A stretch of DNA of 32,000 bases from Pyrobaculum calidifontis JCM 11548 (GTDB lineage: Archaea; Thermoproteota; Thermoprotei; Thermoproteales; Thermoproteaceae): positions 480,001 through 512,000 of the forward strand of contig NC_009073.1 in assembly GCF_000015805.1 (NCBI RefSeq), in the 5' to 3' direction. The position numbers and the translations under genes are program-made. The first letter of the stretch is position 1, and each line of letters opens with the position of its first letter. The notes beneath the pieces are model-generated. The model did not search any database. It was not told the DNA's origin and saw nothing but the letters and a program-made list of their open reading frames with translations. Shown one piece after another: positions 23,448 through 31,310 of the stretch.

Positions 23448-24709
23448 GCGGGTTGCCAGACCACTTGAGGAGGCCTGTCAGAGGAATGCGCGACTGGCTA
23501 CCGCATCAATACTACGCGCTTCAACAACTCGAGGCTCTACTGTCGCGGGTGGCGGAGTCTTTTGGCTATAGGCGCGTGGAGACGCCCGTCGTGGAGCACT
23601 TCGAGGTATTGGCCAGGAAGGCGGGGCAGGAGATCGTCAACGAGATATACTACTTTAGAGACAAGGCGGGGCGCGAACTGGGCCTGCGCTTCGACATGAC
23701 TGTGCCAATAGCCCGCGTCGTCTCCTACAACTTAGACCTGCCGCGGCCCATCCGTTGGTACTATTTTACAAAAGTCTTTAGATACGACGAGCCTCAGCAC
23801 GGCAGATATAGAGAGTTTTACCAATTCGGAGTAGAGCTCATAGGCTCGGCAAGCCCAAGAGCAGACGCAGAGGTGGTACATCTGCTGGCTGAGTCACTAG
23901 CCGCGGCAGGTGCCTCCAACTACGTCATTAAGCTAAACGACAGACGCGTCGTAGACAAGCTTCTGGAAGGCATGGGCCTCGCGGCGTATAAAGACGTCGT
24001 TTACAAGGCGTTGGACAAGAGGTACAAAGCGCCACGGGAGGAGGTGGTGGGAATTATGACGAGGGGCGGAGTTCCGCCGAGCAAGGCCGAGGAGTTGTAC
24101 GAAAAGGCGACAGAGATGCCTCTCCAAGAGGCTGTGGATTTTGTAACACGTATTGACAAGGAGCTTGGCGGCTTCTACGCCGCCTTTGTAAAATACTTAG
24201 AAGCCGCCGTCGGCCTAGAGAGGCTTATATTTGACCTGTCGATTGTCAGAGGGCTGGACTACTACACGGGGGTTGTCTTCGAGGCGTTTGCCGGCGAATA
24301 TAAGCTGGCCGTGGGAGGCGGCGGCAGATACGACGACCTTCTCCAGCTCTACAGCGGGGTAAAAACCCCCGCCTTAGGCTTCGCCATAGGCGTCGAAAGG
24401 CTAATGGAGGCCGTGGGGTTGCAAGCAGTGGAAAAGCCGCTGGACTACTACATCTACATATTCGACGAAAGCGCCTACCAGACAGCTATCTACATCGCCA
24501 GAGAACTACGCAGGAAGGGATACAGCGCAGTGGTAGAACTCGGCGATAAGGGGCTGAAAGACGCCTTTGAATACGTGTTGAAAATTGGCACAAGGTTCTT
24601 AGTCATTCTGGGGAAGAAGGAGCTAGAGAAGGGCGTTGTGAAAGTTAGAGACTTACAAAAACGAGAAGAAGTGGAAAAACCCATCGACGAGTTTATACGC
24701 GGCGCATAG
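23444..24709 (+). CDS. hisS: Histidine--tRNA ligase
   Basis: 421 aa with class II motifs (…GLRFDMTVPIARV…FRYDEPQHGRYREFYQFGVELIG…GGGGRYDDL…GFAIGVERL). ATGA overlap with the upstream gene. Confidence 0.95.
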   Translation: MSGLPDHLRRPVRGMRDWLPHQYYALQQLEALLSRVAESFGYRRVETPVVEHFEVLARKAGQEIVNEIYYFRDKAGRELGLRFDMTVPIARVVSYNLDLPRPIRWYYFTKVFRYDEPQHGRYREFYQFGVELIGSASPRADAEVVHLLAESLAAAGASNYVIKLNDRRVVDKLLEGMGLAAYKDVVYKALDKRYKAPREEVVGIMTRGGVPPSKAEELYEKATEMPLQEAVDFVTRIDKELGGFYAAFVKYLEAAVGLERLIFDLSIVRGLDYYTGVVFEAFAGEYKLAVGGGGRYDDLLQLYSGVKTPALGFAIGVERLMEAVGLQAVEKPLDYYIYIFDESAYQTAIYIARELRRKGYSAVVELGDKGLKDAFEYVLKIGTRFLVILGKKELEKGVVKVRDLQKREEVEKPIDEFIRGA

Positions 24710-24731
24710 CTACTTGGATGGGCGCGCCAAG

Positions 24732-25628
24732 CTACGCGTAGACTTGGGTGCCGCTTAGGCCTTTGTACACCTCGTATCCTTCTTCTAGGGCCCCAATAGC
24801 CGCCCTCTTCCCAGTCCGCTTTACGAAGTAGAGCGCTGCCTCCACCTTAGGTCCCATAGACCCAGGCGGGAAGTGCCCCTCTAGGTAGTACTTCTCAAGT
24901 TCTCCAACTGACACAGACGCGAGCTTTCGCTGGCCGGGCTTCTTGAAATTGATATACACGCCGTCTACGTCTGTGAGAATCATGAAGAGGTCTGCGCCGA
25001 CCTCTGCGGCCAACACGGCAGAGGCGAGGTCTTTATCTATCACCGCCTCAACTCCGGCCCCGTCGCAGACCGGCACGCCGCCGCCCCCCGCGGCAACGAC
25101 TATGTAGCCCCTCTCAATAAGCACCTTTACCACGTCGCTCTCCACCACTTTAAGCGGCTTGGGAGATGGCACGACTCGTCGCCAGCCTCCCCTCGGGTCT
25201 TGCCTAAACTGCCACCCGTACCTCTCGGCAAGGCTCTTGGCCACCTCCTCTGGGTATGTGGGGCCTATGAACTTTGTGGGATTTTCAAAGGCGGGGTCGT
25301 TACAGTCGACCTTCACCCTAGTCACCAGAGCCACAGTTTTCCCTACGCCCACGTATTTGTCTAAAGAAGATACGATAAAGTAGCCCAGGAGGCCTTGCGT
25401 CGCCGCGACAAGGGCGTCTAGTCTAAAGCCCTCTTGCCCCTTCTGTAGCTCCGCTAAATAGCCCACTTGTGGACCATTGCCATGAGTAAGCAAGACTTGG
25501 TTCCCCTCTCGGAGGATCTTGGCAACTATGCGAGCCGCAATGTCTGCATTTTTTAGATGGGTCTCCTGCGTAATTGGGTCGCCGGGTCTATTAAACGCGT
25601 TGCCTCCTAAGGCTACTACAACCAGCAC
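24732..25628 (-). CDS. arcC: Carbamate kinase
   Basis: VVVALGGNAF...LLTHGNGPQVG...VVAAGGGGVPV are typical carbamate kinase motifs. GTG start with minus-strand TATA-like AAGTTTATTTAG ~24 nt upstream. Confidence 0.9.
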   Translation of the reverse strand: MLVVVALGGNAFNRPGDPITQETHLKNADIAARIVAKILREGNQVLLTHGNGPQVGYLAELQKGQEGFRLDALVAATQGLLGYFIVSSLDKYVGVGKTVALVTRVKVDCNDPAFENPTKFIGPTYPEEVAKSLAERYGWQFRQDPRGGWRRVVPSPKPLKVVESDVVKVLIERGYIVVAAGGGGVPVCDGAGVEAVIDKDLASAVLAAEVGADLFMILTDVDGVYINFKKPGQRKLASVSVGELEKYYLEGHFPPGSMGPKVEAALYFVKRTGKRAAIGALEEGYEVYKGLSGTQVYA

Positions 25629-25648
25629 TTGCGCGCATATCTACGCGT

Positions 25649-26731
25649 CTAAATAAACTTTGTCCGTTGCGCCACAGCGTAAGTGGCCAGAGAAGAAGAG
25701 GCAGCCAACGCGGCTAGAAATTCCCAGGGGAGCGCTGGGGAGTAGGCCATTAGCCAGGAGAAGATATAGCTCACATGTAGGCCCAGCGCCATATTTGTCA
25801 CATTTACCACCGCGAGAGCCGATGAGGGGTCTTGTGAAACTTTTGACGCAGTTGCGTATATGGCTGTAATATAGGCGGAGAAGGCCGCGCCGTATGTAAA
25901 GGCGAGCAGAAACAGCGCGTAAACTGGGGCAAAGGGGGTTAGGGCGTAAGCCCCTGCCGCAAGGAGGGGGGCCGCGGTCAGAAAGCGCAGTTTTTTCTGA
26001 GTCTTGTCGTATAATCTGCCGAAGAATCCGCCTAAGAACCCCGAGGCCATTGCCGCGGAGGACAAGGCGCCTGCAACGCTCTCTGCAACCCCTCTGTGGA
26101 GGTGGGCCCACGTAGCGGCCAAACTGTTTGCGGCATACACCGACCCCCAGAAGGGAAATGAGGCGAGACCGAAGGAGTAGGCCCTCCAGCTGAACTTCGA
26201 CGCGCCCTTAAGAGGAGGCCCTCTGAAGATTAGTACGCCGAGGACTATTGCCAACGCGCCGGGGATAGCCAACGCGAGGCGCCAACCCGTCAACGAGGCC
26301 ACGTACCCCCAGTAAAATCCAACGAAGGCGCCTATGTTGAACGACGCGCTGTACCACCCCAGCGCCGTCGCAACGGCATCTGGCATATACGCCACAATTA
26401 GGGCCCCCGCAGTTGAGAAAAAGAGGCCAGCCCCCACGCCCCCCAACGCCCTGAGCAACAAGGCCTCCCACCACGAATTAGACAGCGAGAGCAAGAGAGA
26501 AGAGGCGCCGAAGATGGCCATCCCCGCGCCTGCCACCTTGTTAAACCCCAGCTTGCCCCCCAAGTAGCTGGCCGGGATTTGCATAACCCCTGTCCCGACG
26601 ATGAACATAGCCGGGAGTAGCCCCGCGCTTGAGGCATCTACGCCGAATTCTTTAAGCATCTGAGGCAGAACTGGGGCCACGTAGAACCACATAAGGGCGT
26701 ATAAGGCCCTGGCGGCGAGAATTAGGCGCAT
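25649..26731 (-). CDS. MFS transporter
   Basis: 360 aa, ~10-12 TM helices, MFS-like N-terminal half. Its ATG is fused to the D box of the upstream sRNA candidate (CTGATG). Confidence 0.8.
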   Translation of the reverse strand: MRLILAARALYALMWFYVAPVLPQMLKEFGVDASSAGLLPAMFIVGTGVMQIPASYLGGKLGFNKVAGAGMAIFGASSLLLSLSNSWWEALLLRALGGVGAGLFFSTAGALIVAYMPDAVATALGWYSASFNIGAFVGFYWGYVASLTGWRLALAIPGALAIVLGVLIFRGPPLKGASKFSWRAYSFGLASFPFWGSVYAANSLAATWAHLHRGVAESVAGALSSAAMASGFLGGFFGRLYDKTQKKLRFLTAAPLLAAGAYALTPFAPVYALFLLAFTYGAAFSAYITAIYATASKVSQDPSSALAVVNVTNMALGLHVSYIFSWLMAYSPALPWEFLAALAASSSLATYAVAQRTKFI

Positions 26732-26783
26732 CAGCCGGTGTAAATCTTCGTCACAAATCTACGCCGGGGTCGGCTCATCACGC
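26731..26783 (-). ncRNA. Box C/D sRNA candidate occupying the whole intercistronic gap
   Basis: Minus strand: GC-GTGATGA (C, 26781-26775), GCCGACCCCGGCG (13 nt), TAGA (D', 26761-26758), TTT, GTGACGA (C', 26754-26748), AGATTTACACCGG (13 nt), CTGA (D, 26734-26731). The upstream ORF's stop TGA (26780-26778) lies inside the C box. The MFS start ATG (26731-26729) overlaps the last nt of the D box. Confidence 0.6.
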
Positions 26784-27143
26784 GTAGTGGGGCGCCTGGG
26801 GCTGTTGAGGCTGTACAGGGAGCGGCGGTGGGAAGCCCAACTCTCTCATTATAAGCGCCGCCTCAAACAACGCCGCCTGCATGATGGGGGTGGCTATGTG
26901 GGGGGGCAAGTTCTTCAAGTCGACGTCGCCTTGCACTGTGGCAGTGCCCCTGATTGTGACCGTGACTACGCTTGGGACCGACGATATGCCTATGGTGAAC
27001 GGTATTTCCACAAAGCCGCCTCTCTTAACCGCCCGCTCTCCCTCAATCATGACCTGCATATTCATCTGTAGCTGGGCGCCCGGCGGCGGGGCGCCAAGGC
27101 GCTCGGCGTGTATATAGTCGAAACGTATCCCAGCCAGACTCAT
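26778..27143 (-). CDS. Hypothetical protein with SecB-like sequence pattern
   Basis: The pattern IRFDYIHAERLGAPPPGAQLQMNMQV...VTVTIRGTATVQGD...LPPHIATPIMQAALFEAALIMRELGFPPPLPV parallels SecB as I recall it (f.i.riy.kd.sfe.pnaP..., ...cPniLFPYare.i..lv.rgGFPpl.LaPv). The track start is 27164, but the TATA-like ATATAAAAAAT (27164-27174) abuts it. ATG 27143 (MSLAGIRF...) is ~26 nt from that box. Confidence 0.5.
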   Translation of the reverse strand: MSLAGIRFDYIHAERLGAPPPGAQLQMNMQVMIEGERAVKRGGFVEIPFTIGISSVPSVVTVTIRGTATVQGDVDLKNLPPHIATPIMQAALFEAALIMRELGFPPPLPVQPQQPQAPHYA

Positions 27144-27163
27144 GACCTCTTTAATATTGCGCA

Positions 27164-27174
27164 TATAAAAAATT
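27164..27174. promoter_or_regulatory. Single A/T box between two divergent ORFs, candidate bidirectional TATA element
   Basis: ATATAAAAAAT is the only A/T-rich element between ATG 27164 (minus) and GTG 27175 (plus). It predicts initiation near 27142 leftwards and ~27194 rightwards. Confidence 0.4.
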
Positions 27175-28008
27175 GTGATTACGCAGATAGTCGACTACAC
27201 GGCGGAGGTGCACGTGGCGTATGAGGTAGACGTGGTGGTGAGCCCCCTGTGCCGCGCGCCTCCGCCGACTCCGCGCATTGAAGCATGGGCAACGCTGGGC
27301 GAGCTCTTTAGAGATTTGTACGGAGTGGGCGTGTCGGAGCACTTGGCCGACCAAGCCGCGCTTGGCCTAGAGAGAGTGGATCCCGTGCTCCTCTTCGCCC
27401 AGTTGCCCCTAGGCGTCATGTATACGGCAAGACTTATGCCATACGGCCGCGACACAGCGCAGTGCACGTCGGCTTGGCCAGACCCCGCCACTGCCGCCGT
27501 GGCGGTGGTCTCCAACGGCGTATCCTCAATCGCCGTTGACCTCAGGCTTTGGCAAGGCGATCCGCGCCCCCTTCTAAGGTACGCCGCGGCGAAGGGGGCT
27601 AAGACACAGTTAATTTTAACTAAGCCGCTGGATTTGCCAGGCGATGTGGTTTTCCACAGCTCTGTACCGCCTTACGCCAGAGAGAGGTACGTGAGAGCCC
27701 CCGGAGACCTCTCTGCAACGGGCAGGGCAGTGGCACTGAAGGCCGTGGCGCCAATGAGCCGCGTGGATGAAGAGCAGAGCCCCGCGTTTAAAGAGGCTCT
27801 TGCCAGAGTGGCCGAGGTGTTGGACTTGGGAGAGGAGGTTTTTGCAGATTTAGTCGAGCAGGGGGTCGTGAGCCACGGCTTCCTCCTCGACTTGGCTCAG
27901 CCAAGTCAGCTCGCGTATCTTGTGAAGTGGGGTCTTGTGGAGCGCGTGGCGGGGGGCTGGGGCGCCTCCGCGAAGTTGATTTACCTATACGGCTTGCTCA
28001 AGGGCTGA
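27175..28008 (+). CDS. Hypothetical protein (277 aa), possible C-terminal winged-helix-like segment
   Basis: Long ORF with GTG start. If the 27164-27174 box is its TATA, then GTG 27208 is the more likely start. The C-terminal ...QLAYLVKWGLVERVAGGWG... resembles a wHTH recognition region (weak). Its end overlaps the convergent tatC by 28 nt. No family recognised. Confidence 0.5.
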   Translation: MITQIVDYTAEVHVAYEVDVVVSPLCRAPPPTPRIEAWATLGELFRDLYGVGVSEHLADQAALGLERVDPVLLFAQLPLGVMYTARLMPYGRDTAQCTSAWPDPATAAVAVVSNGVSSIAVDLRLWQGDPRPLLRYAAAKGAKTQLILTKPLDLPGDVVFHSSVPPYARERYVRAPGDLSATGRAVALKAVAPMSRVDEEQSPAFKEALARVAEVLDLGEEVFADLVEQGVVSHGFLLDLAQPSQLAYLVKWGLVERVAGGWGASAKLIYLYGLLKG

Positions 28009-28841
28009 ATATCGGGGCACTTTTTGACTATCCGCCTGCTCCACACGAGGCCAACCTCGAAGAGTATGGCGAATGGTATAAAGGTGAGGAATGTGGAGAC
28101 GAGGGTTGTGTCCGGCGTGACGATTGCTATTAGTATAAGCGCCACTGCGTAGACCACGGGCCTATACGCGGCGAGGGTCCACGGATTGAGGAGACAGATC
28201 TCTGAAAGTATGGCTATGACGATTGGGGTTTCAAAGATTACGCCTGTCCAAAAGGCCAACTGCATCCAGGTGCTGACCACAGAGGATACGCTGAAGATTT
28301 GCTCTATGCGTAATATTGCCGCAAAGCCTGCGATAAATCTAAAGAGGGCTGGGAATATTACGAATATGCCGAAGAGGTTGCCAGCGTAAAATAGGAGGAG
28401 AGCTACCCATAGGTACTTCTTCACGGCCCTCTCCTCGTGGGGGTAAAGCGCTGGCTGTACATACAGCCACATCTCATACACTAACAGCGGGAACACTACC
28501 AACGCGGCTAGGTACAATGAGGCGTACATAACTGCGCCAAGGGGATTCCACACCTCTCCGGCAATTAGCGCTATCTTTATGTTGGCGGTCTTGTTCAAGT
28601 CGTCGAGCATCGGCCTTATTGTTTCAAAGAAGGCCCAGTAAGCCAGCGGCCTGTACTCGCCAGTGACGAAGAAGGAGGCCAAGATTGACATTATACTGCC
28701 GCCATGCAGATCCGGCGCGGGCATCCACATGACTATAAACACGACGACGAAGGCGATCAACACCCTCTTAAGCCGCTGGCCGAGCTCCCTCAGGTGCTCC
28801 CAAAGAGGCATTTCTCTGTCACGAGGCGGCTTATCTTCCAC
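27981..28841 (-). CDS. tatC: Twin-arginine translocase subunit TatC
   Basis: 286 aa, 6 TM. The N-terminal MPLWEHLRELGQRLKRVLIAFVV is the TatC signature (HL.ELR.RL). GTG 28841 is ~24 nt from the minus-strand TATA-like GTTTTAAAC (28860-28868). Confidence 0.9.
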   Translation of the reverse strand: MEDKPPRDREMPLWEHLRELGQRLKRVLIAFVVVFIVMWMPAPDLHGGSIMSILASFFVTGEYRPLAYWAFFETIRPMLDDLNKTANIKIALIAGEVWNPLGAVMYASLYLAALVVFPLLVYEMWLYVQPALYPHEERAVKKYLWVALLLFYAGNLFGIFVIFPALFRFIAGFAAILRIEQIFSVSSVVSTWMQLAFWTGVIFETPIVIAILSEICLLNPWTLAAYRPVVYAVALILIAIVTPDTTLVSTFLTFIPFAILFEVGLVWSRRIVKKCPDIQPLSKPYR

Positions 28842-28913
28842 GCCAACGACGACGAGGGCGTTTAAAACTCTTCCAGCCGTTAAAGCTTATAAAGATGCAA
28901 ATGATGGTACTCC

Positions 28914-29216
28914 ATGTACCTACTCCTAGGCGGACAGGAGTGGATTGTAATACTCATCGCCGTGGTTATATTACTTATCTGGGGCCCCTCGAAGTTACCC
29001 TCGCTAGCCAGGGGGCTGGGCGAGGCCATTAGGGAGTTTAGAAAAGCGACGAGCGGCATAGAGGAAGAGCCTAGGAAAGTAGAGAAGAGAGAGGAGATAG
29101 ACCAGAAGCTTTTGGAGACTGCGAGGGCCTTGGGCATATCCATCGAGGGCAAGACCAAGGAACAGATTCTAGACGAGATCAACAAGAAAATCGCCGAGCT
29201 TAAAAAGACTCAGTAG
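28914..29216 (+). CDS. tatA: Twin-arginine translocase subunit TatA/E
   Basis: N-terminal TM helix followed by the hinge and amphipathic helix WGPSKLPSLARGLGEAIREFRKA. TATA-like CTTATAAAG (28886-28894) is ~24 nt upstream of the ATG. Confidence 0.85.
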   Translation: MYLLLGGQEWIVILIAVVILLIWGPSKLPSLARGLGEAIREFRKATSGIEEEPRKVEKREEIDQKLLETARALGISIEGKTKEQILDEINKKIAELKKTQ

Positions 29217-29270
29217 AGTCAGCCCGTCGTCAGTTCTTCAAATATCCGACGTCTAGTTATTCATCACACT
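29217..29270 (-). ncRNA. Box C/D sRNA candidate (canonical 12/12 spacing)
   Basis: Minus strand: GTGATGA (C, 29267-29261), ATAACTAGACGT (12 nt), CGGA (D', 29248-29245), TAT, TTGAAGA (C', 29241-29235), ACTGACGACGGG (12 nt), CTGA (D, 29222-29219). The C box lies in the last codons (GTG ATG AAT AAC TAG) of the EamA gene. The D box ends 3 nt from the convergent tatA stop. Confidence 0.7.
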
Positions 29271-30074
29271 GATCACAATTCCCACTGAGACAAGTGTTGC
29301 CCCAAGTATATATCTCTGCCTTATGGGAGTCTTGTTCAACGCCTTGTCAAATATCTGTGAAAGAATGGGAGTAAGCGAGGTGGCTATCACCGTCTTTGAC
29401 ACCCCAATTGCCGATATTGCGTATATAAAGGCCGCAGAGCCTAAGGCAAGGCCCACCACTCCCGAAGATACGGCGTAAATCAAGCCCCTCAGAGGCGGCC
29501 TCTTAAAGCCCGATAGGGCAAAGAAGAGTGGAGCCAATACGGCTGACCTAAGCACCGCGATTGTGTAAACTGACGCGCCCTTTGTGGCTACGCCGAGCAG
29601 TGCTGAGGCAAGGCCCCAAGCCAGAGAGGCCACAAGGCCGTAGAAGGCCCCCGAGCCCCGCGGCACTCCGCCCAGGGCGACTGCCACGCCGGAAAAGGCC
29701 AGCGCCGCGCCTACAATCACGCGGCTCGTCAAAGGCTCTACGCCTAAGAGGGCTGAGAAGAACTGCGCCGTGAATATGTACGTATATCCAATTGTCACTG
29801 CGGCGGCAACGCCGCTTTTAGAAATGGCGTTGAAGTACGCCGCATCGCCCAGGCCGGGGCCCAGTAGCGCAGATGCCACAACCACCAAGAGGCCTAAAGC
29901 CGAGATCTTAAAGTCGGCTAAGGGGAGGAGTGTGAGGAGCGCCACCAAGTTGCGCACCGCCACAAGCGACGTGGGAGAAACGCCGAGCTTCGTCGCCGCG
30001 TTAGCCAGTGGGGCGTTTATGGAAAACGCCGCTGTGGCTAGAACCGCCGAGAGGACGCCTATGCTAACGTCCAT
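29253..30074 (-). CDS. DMT-superfamily (EamA-like) transporter
   Basis: 273 aa, ~9-10 TM helices, with two-repeat EamA-like architecture. Confidence 0.75.
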   Translation of the reverse strand: MDVSIGVLSAVLATAAFSINAPLANAATKLGVSPTSLVAVRNLVALLTLLPLADFKISALGLLVVVASALLGPGLGDAAYFNAISKSGVAAAVTIGYTYIFTAQFFSALLGVEPLTSRVIVGAALAFSGVAVALGGVPRGSGAFYGLVASLAWGLASALLGVATKGASVYTIAVLRSAVLAPLFFALSGFKRPPLRGLIYAVSSGVVGLALGSAAFIYAISAIGVSKTVIATSLTPILSQIFDKALNKTPIRQRYILGATLVSVGIVISVMNN

Positions 30075-30231
30075 TTGACATATACCTATTCAACAGCTCC
30101 CTCAACGCGGCTCTCACCGCCTCGCTCCTGTTTGGAAAAACCCCGCTCTTCACTAACTCGTCTAACATTTCCACGTAGGACTGCGGCACGTGAAACGATA
30201 TCAGCACCATCTTCTCTCGCTTCTCGCCCAC
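30064..30231 (-). CDS. Ribbon-helix-helix (CopG/NikR-N-like) DNA-binding protein, 48-55 aa
   Basis: Below the ORF-track size cutoff, so translated by hand: (V)GEKREKMVLISFHVPQSYVEMLDELVKSGVFPNRSEAVRAALRELLNRYMSNGR*. This is the classic RHH pattern: beta-strand ISFHVP, helix 1 YVEMLDELV, G-x-(F/Y)-x-(N/S)RSEAVR helix 2. GTG 30231 is ~24 nt from the minus-strand TATA-like GCATAAAAATG (~30249-30259); ATG 30210 is the alternative start. The stop overlaps the EamA start by 11 nt. Confidence 0.65.
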   Translation of the reverse strand: MGEKREKMVLISFHVPQSYVEMLDELVKSGVFPNRSEAVRAALRELLNRYMSNGR

Positions 30232-30253
30232 GTGGCACACAAATTCCGCATTT

Positions 30254-31282
30254 TTATGCCTTACGTAGTATTACAGAGCCCCAGTCGTGCCGCTCACTCA
30301 CCGCGCAGGGGTCGAAGTCCATGTGGGCCATGTATCTCTCAACTTTAAACTCGTCAAACTCCTCGCGCCCCGCTATCAGATCAGCCAACCTCTTGGCCAG
30401 CGAGGGGCCTACCATGCTCCCATAGCCGTCTAAGCCGCCTATTACGTACAAGTTGTCCACATCTGGGTGTTTCCCATATACAGGCCCGCCGTGGGGCCCA
30501 ACCTCGCAGTAGCCAACTCTAAGGCCGAGGGGGAGCGCCGCGCCTATTCTCTGGCGGAGTAGGTTAGTCATTTTTTCCACGTAATTAGCTGGGGGGCCTT
30601 GGCCGTATCTGCCGCACCCGTCGCCCGCCACGTACATAAACGGCGCAATGGGCCTCCCGTACCACCCCAACACGTGGTCGCCGACGCTGTATCGCCACCC
30701 CTTCCCCCACGCCGCGTAGGCTACTGCGTAGCACTCATACGGCTGGAGCGGAAGCCTTAGGCCGGCCTTCTCCGCTAAAGCCCTATTGTTGTAGCCAGCG
30801 GCGAGTACAACAACGTCGCCCGCAATCCTCCTCCCCTCAGCCACTACGTAGGCCTTGCCGTCTTCAACCTTCAAAAAGCCGTACGAGGAGGCGAAGCCCA
30901 GCTCCCTCCTAAGGCGATTCACCACCTTCCTCACGGGTATTAGGTAGTCCCTGGTCAATACCGCCACCTCGTCTGGCCCCAGCCGTAGCCCCTCCACGCT
31001 GTCTGTAACCTCGTGGGGAACCTCTAACTTGGGCAATGTGACCCAGCGGGGGAATATGTCCACTGAGGTAACCTCCCTGGGCTGTACAAACTTTCTGTAG
31101 ATCTCCAAGCTCTCTTTAGCCAGCTCAACGTCTTCGCCATATGGCATAGACAGCGTGAGGACAAGCGAAGTAAGCGGATAGGCCACATCGCCGCCCACAC
31201 CCACGACGTCGAAGCCGAGCTCCCTTAGGAAGTACGCCGTGAATACCCCCGCAATCCCCCCGCCCAACACCACCGCTTTCAC
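30254..31282 (-). CDS. FAD-dependent oxidoreductase (DAO/glycine-sarcosine oxidase-like)
   Basis: N-terminal KAVVLGGGIAGVFTAYFLRELGFDV dinucleotide motif, 342 aa. GTG start is ~24 nt from the minus-strand TATA-like CTTATATAGC. Confidence 0.8.
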   Translation of the reverse strand: MKAVVLGGGIAGVFTAYFLRELGFDVVGVGGDVAYPLTSLVLTLSMPYGEDVELAKESLEIYRKFVQPREVTSVDIFPRWVTLPKLEVPHEVTDSVEGLRLGPDEVAVLTRDYLIPVRKVVNRLRRELGFASSYGFLKVEDGKAYVVAEGRRIAGDVVVLAAGYNNRALAEKAGLRLPLQPYECYAVAYAAWGKGWRYSVGDHVLGWYGRPIAPFMYVAGDGCGRYGQGPPANYVEKMTNLLRQRIGAALPLGLRVGYCEVGPHGGPVYGKHPDVDNLYVIGGLDGYGSMVGPSLAKRLADLIAGREEFDEFKVERYMAHMDFDPCAVSERHDWGSVILRKA

Positions 31283-31310
31283 AAGGCGCAGATGCTGCCA
31301 GCTATATAAG

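Noticed and set aside
24729-26790. Recurring TACGCGT(A/C) motif near gene ends (24734, 25642, 26782; also 21196)
   Set aside because: Two copies are simply the codons Tyr-Ala-stop of unrelated genes, and the others differ in their flanks. There is no consistent spacing or pairing partner, so it is probably coincidence.
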